This document shows, one piece after another, positions 39,772-47,665 of a stretch of DNA of 64,000 nt. The translations under genes were made by a program, and so were the position numbers. Positions within the stretch are counted from its first letter, which is position 1, and every line of letters begins with the position of its first letter. The stretch lies in contig NZ_JAFAIX010000012.1 in NCBI RefSeq assembly GCF_019236475.1, positions 1,120,619 through 1,184,618 of the forward strand. Direction: 5' to 3'. This DNA comes from Chitinophaga sp. (GTDB lineage Bacteria; Bacteroidota; Bacteroidia; Chitinophagales; Chitinophagaceae). The notes beneath the pieces are model-generated. The model did not search any database and was not told the origin of the DNA. It was given only the letters and a program-made list of their open reading frames with translations.

Positions 39772-42135
39772 ATGAAGAAAATTATTGCGCTATTTATCCC
39801 ACTGTTGATAGGAACTATCTCCTATGCCCAAAAGGTATATCCGATTCGTGCAGATAGTGTTCGTATTTATAATGTCTGTGATACGGCTGAATTGATCCTG
39901 GAAAACAGGACACAAGGTGTGAATGGTTACCTGTATAACAAAGGGGCCGGCCATACTGAATTTAGGAAAATACAATTAAAGAAAGTGGGTGCCTCACAGA
40001 TTGCGATTGTGGGGCAGGATACCTTGGATTTGAATACGCTTCCTGGTATTGGCGGAATAGATACCGCTTACAGGGAAGGAGATTATATCAAGTATCTGAA
40101 GAGGAATAATCTGTATGCTATTTATGCACCGTTGCCGGATTTTAAGGTGGTGCCTAATGGCTCGGAAACGCCTTTTGCAGACTATAAAAGTAGTGCTGTG
40201 ACTGGTTTTAGCGCCTATGATTCACCAGATATGCCAGTAGTTTCAGATCAAGCACCAGTTAATGTTGGTCCAGACAAGAAATATTATGTGGGGCATGTGG
40301 TAAAATATGGGGATGTAGGTTATCAAATGGCAGTGAACTGGGATGGCGAAACATTTGGTCCTAAAGGAGCATTCCTAAGAATAAAGGATGATACAAACCT
40401 TGCTGGATGGGGGGCTTGGAGAGAACTGTTGTTTAAAGATTATGGGGATAAAAAATATGCAAATACAGACAGTACTTACACGAAACGGAACCTTTCTACC
40501 CCCGGTCAGGCGCAGGTTTCCTGGAATAACTTGATCAATGTATCCCCGTTGCCTGCCCTAGAGACGGATAATTTGACTACCGTACTAACGAGAGGGAATG
40601 TCAGCAAACAAATAATGTATGTGGATGCCGGGGATGACCAGGCAGCCCCCACTGTTTCACTGGCCATAGGAGGTCATGATAGCGGTATCAATGCAGAAGA
40701 TAATGGCATCCTGTCGATGCGCTCTCTGGGTAAGGAAATAGCCAGATGGAGCAACGATTCATTCACCGTGAATTCGATCTTCAAAGTAAATGGTTATGTA
40801 TTAGCACCGAAATTCAATACCAGTGCTCCTTTAGAGACAAATATAAAACCTACCAGGGTGTATGCTGATTATGGGGAGGGCACTCTCCGCGCAATGGATA
40901 CAATGAGTATTAGAAATTTTCTTGGCATCTCTATCAGAGGTGAAAACTTGTCTGATGTTATCTGGCGTGGAAGCGTCACTGACAAAATGCTGATTGCTCC
41001 TGGACTCCAGTTTTATGGCACAATGAATGGAATAACAAGTATCGATAAATCCAAGGAAGGTCCAGTACTGGCTATAAATAGTCAATATGGTACTATGAAC
41101 ATTGGTTGTAATACGCAAGACTCTGCTAAATTTACAACCACTGTCAACGGATATTATTTCGATAAGGGTTTAAATGTACCAGGTGCACTACATATTGGTG
41201 ATAAGGCAGGCCTGGATGGGAAAAATTTAAACCTCACTGTTGGAGATAATAATGGTATTCATTTCTGGAATGGTAGTGACGAATGGAAACTTATCATGTC
41301 GTCATCAGCAGCTTCCGGATATCCCATGCTGAGTCCTTTCTCCAGTGATTATAATATGTACTTCCGTATGAACAGGAATAACCGAGGATTTGTGTTCGTA
41401 ACTGGTGATAATAACCCAGCAGTTCAGATGGATGTCGTGGGGATGTATGTTGGGCAAACGCTCCGTTTGATGGGGACTGGTGGCTTAATCTTCCAGAAAT
41501 ATGGAGGTGGATTCGAAATGCTCGATAGTGCCTGGATACGTGTGTCTGGCGGGAAAAATTTCAATACAGTTGCGGGCATACTCCGAACTGAAAATGAGTT
41601 GCAAGTTGGCGTGAATGGGACGAAATTGAAAGTACCAGCAACAGGTATACCAACGATAGATGGTAAAGCTATTTTCCACGCTGGAAACTTCCTGTATTCA
41701 TCAGATGTATCCCCTAATTATATCGCACGGCGCGATGCCAGCGGTAGCCTCTTCGCCAGCGGCTTTTACCAATCCTCCAAAGCAAGCCTGAAGAAAAATA
41801 TCACTGATTTCAATGAAACAGCATTACCGTTGCTGAACAAAGTGCAGATCAAGCAATTTGTCTATAAAAATGATACAACAGAGAACTTGCATTTCGGTAT
41901 CATCGCGGATAATACGGACTGGCACTTCTCTACACGTAATCAGGATAAATTCGATACGAACAGTTCCCTTGCTATTACTATGAAAGCCGTGCAGGAATTG
42001 AGTGAGGAAAATGCAGCGCTTAGAAAACAGATAGCTGAATTACAAAAAAAGCAGGAAGTAGAACAGTTGAGAAATAAAGTGTCTGAACTGCTGAAACGCT
42101 TGGAGAGTCTGAAGAAAATGATAAAAGAGGATTAA
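39772..42135 (+). CDS. Exported tail-fibre-like protein, paralogue 3
   Basis: 787 aa with signal peptide MKKIIALFIPLLIGTISYAQ. Collinear with paralogue 2 throughout. Confidence 0.85.
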   Translation: MKKIIALFIPLLIGTISYAQKVYPIRADSVRIYNVCDTAELILENRTQGVNGYLYNKGAGHTEFRKIQLKKVGASQIAIVGQDTLDLNTLPGIGGIDTAYREGDYIKYLKRNNLYAIYAPLPDFKVVPNGSETPFADYKSSAVTGFSAYDSPDMPVVSDQAPVNVGPDKKYYVGHVVKYGDVGYQMAVNWDGETFGPKGAFLRIKDDTNLAGWGAWRELLFKDYGDKKYANTDSTYTKRNLSTPGQAQVSWNNLINVSPLPALETDNLTTVLTRGNVSKQIMYVDAGDDQAAPTVSLAIGGHDSGINAEDNGILSMRSLGKEIARWSNDSFTVNSIFKVNGYVLAPKFNTSAPLETNIKPTRVYADYGEGTLRAMDTMSIRNFLGISIRGENLSDVIWRGSVTDKMLIAPGLQFYGTMNGITSIDKSKEGPVLAINSQYGTMNIGCNTQDSAKFTTTVNGYYFDKGLNVPGALHIGDKAGLDGKNLNLTVGDNNGIHFWNGSDEWKLIMSSSAASGYPMLSPFSSDYNMYFRMNRNNRGFVFVTGDNNPAVQMDVVGMYVGQTLRLMGTGGLIFQKYGGGFEMLDSAWIRVSGGKNFNTVAGILRTENELQVGVNGTKLKVPATGIPTIDGKAIFHAGNFLYSSDVSPNYIARRDASGSLFASGFYQSSKASLKKNITDFNETALPLLNKVQIKQFVYKNDTTENLHFGIIADNTDWHFSTRNQDKFDTNSSLAITMKAVQELSEENAALRKQIAELQKKQEVEQLRNKVSELLKRLESLKKMIKED
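41773..42135 (+). other. S74/intramolecular chaperone-like domain plus coiled coil (paralogue 3)
   Basis: SSKASLKKNITDFNETALPLLNKVQIKQFVYKNDTTENLHFGIIADNTDWHF... Confidence 0.7.
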
Positions 42136-42157
42136 TTAATAAAACTGAATTCTTCCC

Positions 42158-44530
42158 ATGAAGAAACTTATTTCGCTATTTATCCCACTATTGATAGGAA
42201 CAATTTCCTACGCCCAAAAAGTATATCAGATTCGTGCGGACAGTGTTCGGATTTACAATGTATGTGATACCGCTGAATTGATCCTGGAAAACAGGACGCA
42301 AGGTGTAAATGGTTACCTATATAATAAAGGTGCCGGACGTACTGAGTTTAGGAAAATACAATTAAAGAAGATTGGTACCTCGCAGATTGCAATTGTGGGG
42401 CAGGATACCTTGGATTTGAGTACCCTGCCAGGTATTGGTGGTATTGATTCACTTAGATATGAATCATCAACTGGTATATTTTACGCACATAAAAGCGCCG
42501 GCGGCGAAATTGCAATTCCCACAGGTTTGGTTGATGACATGGCAGCCCGTTATACCAAGAAACAGACAGATATGGGTTTTATTCAGGCCTCACCAAGTTC
42601 ACCTCAATCTGCTGGGTTCTCCCTATCAGGTGTAGGAACGTTTTATAATTCTTCCTCCACATTTGATCCAGTAAATAATTCGAGCATAATGGTTCAGAAT
42701 AATTCAAGTATATATACTGGTGGTGCATCCATTGCATTTCGGGCAGCTAATTATCGGGCCACATCTTGGATCGCAGCCCAGACAGGTGGAGTAGGTCCTG
42801 GGAGGATAAGTTCGCTTAACTTTGGTAATGATGGTTATACATTGATGTCACTATGGGGATTTACTAACGCTAATACTATGCTGACAGTTAATGGACAAAT
42901 ATTAGCAAATGGCCCATTAACGGTACGTGGCTCCATATCAGGCAATAGTCTTGACGTAGCGGACATTAGATCCAATGGATTACAAAGTGGTCTTACACTG
43001 GCTGATCGGTATTTTGCAGGAGTTGATCCTACGGGATCTAATACTAATAGGTGGAGTATTGTGGCAGACACTGAACGGTTATCATTTTTGAATAATAACA
43101 TTCGCCGCAATGCAACTAATAAGGCGGCCCTCTCAATAGCACCCAGTAACTCAATAGCTTCAATATACAATGTTGGGATCAATGTTCTCGATCCACAATC
43201 CACATTGGATGTAAGAGGAGAAGATATGCGATTACGCGGAGCTGGTAGTAATTCTTCCCTATTAGTAAAAATGGATGCATTTAGTAATGGTGCTAGTATT
43301 CAGTCATTAGATAGTAATGGTGTTGAATCACGGAGTTTATACCTCAATCCTGCCGGAGGGGATGTAGTGGCTGGAGACCAAATTATTGCAAAAGGATTGT
43401 CTTTTAAAACTGCTACAGGATCTACCTCAAAGCTGAGCCTTACTGCAGCAACTAATGGAGATGCTGTGAGTGTAAATTCCGAATTTGGTTCCGTTACGAT
43501 GGGCTGCCATAACAATGGATGGGCACATTTTGAAACAACCAATCCCAGATTCTATTTTGATAAAGAAGTAGCTATAAAAGGGATATTACGCATTTATGAT
43601 AGTAATACTACCATCGAAAGGAATTATGTGAATATACATGCAGGTGAAGGCAATGGCCTCCGTTTCTGGGATGGAAGTGATGACTCTAAAATAGTTTTAT
43701 CCTCGCCCGCAGCATCTGGTTATACTAGCCCTAGTCAGTATACCAGTGACCTCAATATGTATTTTATTATGAAAGGGCTGAACCGTGGTTTTATTTTTGT
43801 GACTGGTGATAACCAACCTAAAGTTCAGATTGATAAATTTGGACTGACTTCTAGCGACTGGTTGCGGGTAAGAGGTGACCATGGGCTCTATTTTGAAGAC
43901 TTCGGAGGTGGTTTCTACATGACAGATAACGAATGGATTCGTACCTATAACGGAAAATCGTTCTTGGTGCAAGGTGGTACTCTCAGAGCTGATGGTGAAT
44001 TTCATGTGGGCCAGAATGGTTATACAATGAGAGTTCCTAACAACGGCGATCCGACTATTAAAAACAATGTAATTTATCACGCTGGGAATTTACTATTTTC
44101 TACCTCTGCCACTCCCAATTATTTAGCCCAGCGCGATGCCAGCGGCAGCCTCTTCGCCAGCGGCTTTTACCAATCCTCCAAAGCAAGCATGAAGAAAAAT
44201 ATCGCTGATTTCAACGAAGCGGCGCTACCGTTGCTGAATAAAGTGCAGATCAAACAATTTGTCTATAAGGATGATAAAGCAGAAAACTTGCATTTCGGTA
44301 TCATCGCGGATAGTACTGACTGGCATTTCGCTACGCGTAATCAAGATAAATTCGATACCAACAGTTCCTTGGCCATCACGATGAAAGCAGTACAAGAATT
44401 GAGTGAGCAGAATAAAACAATTGTAGCAGAAAATGCTGCGCTGAAAGATCAAAATGAAGTGCTGAAAAGCCAGATGGTGGAGTTGCTGAAACGCTTGGAG
44501 AATCTGGAGAAAAAAGTGAACAAGGATTAA
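42158..44530 (+). CDS. Exported tail-fibre-like protein, paralogue 4 (different shaft)
   Basis: 790 aa with signal peptide MKKLISLFIPLLIGTISYAQ. It shares residues 1-~97 and the last ~330 aa with the others. The middle is unrelated and contains the fibre-type motif VGINVLDPQSTLDVRG. Confidence 0.85.
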   Translation: MKKLISLFIPLLIGTISYAQKVYQIRADSVRIYNVCDTAELILENRTQGVNGYLYNKGAGRTEFRKIQLKKIGTSQIAIVGQDTLDLSTLPGIGGIDSLRYESSTGIFYAHKSAGGEIAIPTGLVDDMAARYTKKQTDMGFIQASPSSPQSAGFSLSGVGTFYNSSSTFDPVNNSSIMVQNNSSIYTGGASIAFRAANYRATSWIAAQTGGVGPGRISSLNFGNDGYTLMSLWGFTNANTMLTVNGQILANGPLTVRGSISGNSLDVADIRSNGLQSGLTLADRYFAGVDPTGSNTNRWSIVADTERLSFLNNNIRRNATNKAALSIAPSNSIASIYNVGINVLDPQSTLDVRGEDMRLRGAGSNSSLLVKMDAFSNGASIQSLDSNGVESRSLYLNPAGGDVVAGDQIIAKGLSFKTATGSTSKLSLTAATNGDAVSVNSEFGSVTMGCHNNGWAHFETTNPRFYFDKEVAIKGILRIYDSNTTIERNYVNIHAGEGNGLRFWDGSDDSKIVLSSPAASGYTSPSQYTSDLNMYFIMKGLNRGFIFVTGDNQPKVQIDKFGLTSSDWLRVRGDHGLYFEDFGGGFYMTDNEWIRTYNGKSFLVQGGTLRADGEFHVGQNGYTMRVPNNGDPTIKNNVIYHAGNLLFSTSATPNYLAQRDASGSLFASGFYQSSKASMKKNIADFNEAALPLLNKVQIKQFVYKDDKAENLHFGIIADSTDWHFATRNQDKFDTNSSLAITMKAVQELSEQNKTIVAENAALKDQNEVLKSQMVELLKRLENLEKKVNKD
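44174..44530 (+). other. S74/intramolecular chaperone-like domain plus coiled coil (paralogue 4)
   Basis: SSKASMKKNIADFNEAALPLLNKVQIKQFVYKDDKAENLHFGIIADSTDWHF... Confidence 0.7.
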
Positions 44531-44553
44531 TGATTAGAACTGAATTTATTTAT

Positions 44554-45108
44554 ATGAAGAAGATATCCATACTTATAATTTGTCTTTTTACTAGTTGCCT
44601 ATCATTTGCACAACTGCCAGGTGGTGCTGTCAGTCTTTTGAAGGATGTTTATATCTATTCAACTACCAATTCTCTACTGTATCGTTTAACAACGAACAAC
44701 TATCTGGTGACGCATAACGAAATTCGACAGAAAATATCACAAGGGTATTTTACAGCATTGAATCTGAATGCTATCCCCGCTGATAACAACTGCATCACAG
44801 CAACAAATGCCAAGTTGTGGATAAGTATTGATGCGACGAAATTACCTACAAATGGAAGACTACCTGTATGGCAGGAATTAGTTCCTAAGGCTTCCTGTAC
44901 AGGAGATTTACAAAAAATGATTAACGGCGTTTGTGAAACCGCAGTGTGGAGATGTTATGATCAGGAATTGGACCATGTTGACCCTCCATCACCTCCTAAC
45001 AGACCTTTTTCGCTCTATTGGTATCGTGTTTACTCGGACTATGTATGGAGTGATGGAACACGCGCTTATCGATCAACAATGGAGGTTACTATGGATGCAT
45101 GCTTTTAA
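44554..45108 (+). CDS. Small secreted Cys-containing protein, last gene of the fibre operon
   Basis: 184 aa from ATG 44554 (MKKISILIICLFTSCLSFAQ). The ORF-track start at 44530 overlaps the stop of paralogue 4. It is preceded by a diverged copy of the inter-paralogue spacer. Confidence 0.6.
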   Translation: MKKISILIICLFTSCLSFAQLPGGAVSLLKDVYIYSTTNSLLYRLTTNNYLVTHNEIRQKISQGYFTALNLNAIPADNNCITATNAKLWISIDATKLPTNGRLPVWQELVPKASCTGDLQKMINGVCETAVWRCYDQELDHVDPPSPPNRPFSLYWYRVYSDYVWSDGTRAYRSTMEVTMDACF

Positions 45109-45217
45109 TGCATGTTAGTGTTCTCTTTCTGAATTATAAGTAGGAGACTTTAGCCAGAAAATGGCGGGAAAAATTGAATCAGCTATAATTCTGAAATTTC
45201 TTATTTTCAGATTAAAA

Positions 45218-45937
45218 ATGAAATTTATCCCGCCATTGCTGTCTTTACTTCTGTTGGCCTGTAACAGTACAGAACATACGCCCATCCTTACAGATTCAGT
45301 TTCTGTTAGTCGTTCGAGGGATGCTATGATAGATGAGCAGGAAAATGAAAAAGCATATGGACTGGATGATTTTGATCATTACGTTTATGGCACATATGGA
45401 TACGATTCTACCCGATTTACGTTAATCCCCACCAAATCCACCATCACCAATCAATCTGATGAGGACGATCGCCTCCAGAATACCGCTGAATTTATAAACA
45501 AAGATTATCAACTGAAGTATATTTGGACTGGTACAGAAAATGGTGACTCCTCCACTTCGCAACTATTTGTCAATAATAAACCCGTACAATTCTTTGATCC
45601 ACAAACAAATAAGGAAGGAGACCTTCCCGGAGATCTGGATTTTGTAGAAGGAACGCAACTAGGGTTATATACCTGGCCCTCCAAAAAATATTTACTCATA
45701 GTAGGACAGGCACATGGGGCGCAAAGCTGGTACAGAGGAATCCTATATGGTATATTGGTGAACGTTTCAGTTGATCCTATGAGGGCTTATCTGCTCGGTA
45801 CTTATGAAGATCCTGGGGACTTTTACCTGAAATTAAATACCAATCAACAATTGACTTATATTTCTTGTATGCCGGATTTCGGTGAAAGAGGTGCTGTTGA
45901 TAGCTTGTATCCGCATCTGCATATCATTGAAAAATAA
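45218..45937 (+). CDS. Lipoprotein, function unknown
   Basis: I prefer ATG 45218 (MKFIPPLLSLLLLACNS, lipobox) over 45161. 239 aa. Confidence 0.6.
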   Translation: MKFIPPLLSLLLLACNSTEHTPILTDSVSVSRSRDAMIDEQENEKAYGLDDFDHYVYGTYGYDSTRFTLIPTKSTITNQSDEDDRLQNTAEFINKDYQLKYIWTGTENGDSSTSQLFVNNKPVQFFDPQTNKEGDLPGDLDFVEGTQLGLYTWPSKKYLLIVGQAHGAQSWYRGILYGILVNVSVDPMRAYLLGTYEDPGDFYLKLNTNQQLTYISCMPDFGERGAVDSLYPHLHIIEK

Positions 45938-45965
45938 TAGGGAGACAGAGCTGGCTGTCTCCCTA
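45938..45965. terminator. Bidirectional hairpin terminator (TAGGGAGACA family)
   Basis: tagggagacag-agctgg-ctgtctcccta, a perfect 11-bp stem between convergent stops (45937 + / 45975 -). T-rich on the minus-strand side. Confidence 0.65.
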
Positions 45966-45974
45966 TTAACTATT

Positions 45975-47519
45975 TTATAATTCGAGCCAAACCACTCGCA
46001 TATTGCTTCTTCTCCCATTAGTGATTTTTAATGTCGCCATGGTATTGGTGGATGGATTATAATCATAAGTGTTAAACTGCATCAGCGCCTGAGAGCCAGA
46101 GTTTCCAGTAGATGGGATTACCGGATTTACTTGCAGGACACCCCCACTTTTATCTCCAATCTCTGCATAATAAGCGTTGAAATCGCTCACTTTTTTAGTG
46201 GAGTTTGGCAGTTTCCCCGCCTGTATCCGTTCTGGATTTTCTTTGAGATCATTGATGAACAGATAATTTTTTTTGTTGGCAGCTACGTATATCGGTAATG
46301 TATAAACGTATCCTTTTCCCAGCTCTTGTCCATATTCTCTGTTAATGCGGCCAGACATGGGTTTAGCCGCCTCAAAGAATAACCGGCGATACATAGGATA
46401 AATACTACTGGACGTTTCTTTTCCGTTTGCATCCATTTGGAGTACCACCAGGTGGCTAAGCTTGGCGCCAGGAAACAGAAGCTGGTCAACTGCACCGTTT
46501 GAAATTTCATATTCGCGGTCGGATAGCCATGCGGTCATCTGACCATCCGGATGAACCATGAAATCTTCTACTGTTCCGGAGAAATTATCTGCTGTTTTGA
46601 ATCCATTTTTAAATGCCTCATTCGCTCTGTCAGTCGTCAATTCCATCTGTTTGCTATCATCCAGGTTTTCCGGATTGACTACCGCCATTCCATACTTGTA
46701 CTGTTTTTTTGAGTTAAGTATAGTGGCCATGATGAACAGTTTTTTACTAACGGGATTATACTGCATCATGAAACCTGCCACATTCAAATCCTGAAAGAAG
46801 GGTAATTTTTTTGCCGTCAGCTTGCCATTAATGATACATCTCAGTACAAAGCTGCTTCCTTTGTCATCCATGAAACTGGCTATTCTCGAAAGTATAGCGA
46901 AGTTATTACCTCCCAGGTGACATAGTTGTCGGTTATCATCATCAAACAGGGGATGTTTGTTGCCAAAACCTTGTTGCATAGAAGGGTTGTCGTATTCCTG
47001 ATTGGACACTAACTTATTGTCGCTGGAATAGGTACTAACCCAAACTTTTTCATCGGGCCAGTAGCTGCAAATCGCATATCCTTCTCTGTTATTAATACCT
47101 ATGATATTTTGGTATTTGCTATAATACTTGATTCTATCTCTTTTGAAGCTTCCATCCTTGCCATTGAATGTGGTTCGGTCTTGTTCTTCTTTGGTGGCGG
47201 GAGTTATTAGTATCAGGTTATCCTTTACTCTCACTAACTTATTGCTATAGTAAGGTGGGGTTTTGTCTCCGAAATCGTCTCCATTTAAGGTTTTTTCCAC
47301 TTTCAGATTATGCTGCGGATCATAATACTTGTAAAGAATTTTCTTTTTAAAGAAATGTAGATAAATGGTACTGCCATTATCCATAGTGTAAATGGTTGGA
47401 ATACCTTCGGTTTCCTCATCAAAGGTGCTGCTGCTTTCTGCAATTTGTTTTACCTGGGAATGTACTCCTGTAGCTAAAAGTAGACTTGTTGACAGCAGTA
47501 ATATTTTACTGGCTTTCAT
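45975..47519 (-). CDS. Secreted hypothetical protein
   Basis: 514 aa from ATG 47519 (MKASKILLLSTSLLLATGVHSQ). The longer ORF-track start (47630) would run through the upstream terminator hairpin. Confidence 0.65.
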   Translation of the reverse strand: MKASKILLLSTSLLLATGVHSQVKQIAESSSTFDEETEGIPTIYTMDNGSTIYLHFFKKKILYKYYDPQHNLKVEKTLNGDDFGDKTPPYYSNKLVRVKDNLILITPATKEEQDRTTFNGKDGSFKRDRIKYYSKYQNIIGINNREGYAICSYWPDEKVWVSTYSSDNKLVSNQEYDNPSMQQGFGNKHPLFDDDNRQLCHLGGNNFAILSRIASFMDDKGSSFVLRCIINGKLTAKKLPFFQDLNVAGFMMQYNPVSKKLFIMATILNSKKQYKYGMAVVNPENLDDSKQMELTTDRANEAFKNGFKTADNFSGTVEDFMVHPDGQMTAWLSDREYEISNGAVDQLLFPGAKLSHLVVLQMDANGKETSSSIYPMYRRLFFEAAKPMSGRINREYGQELGKGYVYTLPIYVAANKKNYLFINDLKENPERIQAGKLPNSTKKVSDFNAYYAEIGDKSGGVLQVNPVIPSTGNSGSQALMQFNTYDYNPSTNTMATLKITNGRRSNMRVVWLEL

Positions 47520-47610
47520 AGGCGTATACTGATTTAATGCAAAATTACTGCTGTTAAGAAAACATGCGATCGTGACTTTTATCTCGATAAGTTTATCTCC
47601 GCCCAAGCAT

Positions 47611-47643
47611 AAAAAAGGACACCAGGACAAAGGCCCTGGTGTC
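47611..47643 (-). terminator. Rho-independent terminator of the EEP nuclease gene
   Basis: Minus strand reads gacaccagg-gcctttgt-cctggtgtc followed by cttttttat. 9-bp stem. Confidence 0.7.
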
Positions 47644-47665
47644 TCCCTAAATAATACAAAATAGT

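Larger units (their letters stand above)
34742..44553 (+). repeat. Tandem array of four ~2.4-2.6-kb gene-sized repeats with conserved 22-23-nt spacers
   Basis: Spacers: 37358-37379 ttataaaacctgtattcttctc; 39750-39771 and 42136-42157 both ttaataaaactgaattcttccc; 44531-44553 tgattagaactgaatttatttat. The 5' ~290 nt and 3' ~450 nt of the units are near-identical at DNA level. Confidence 0.9.

Noticed and set aside
34742-45108. Fibre array as a prophage or tailocin remnant
   Set aside because: No capsid, terminase, portal, sheath, tube, baseplate, lysis or integrase genes and no att-like repeats lie within at least 10 kb on either side. All four proteins carry Sec signal peptides, which phage fibres lack. 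Distant linkage to a particle locus elsewhere in the genome cannot be excluded.
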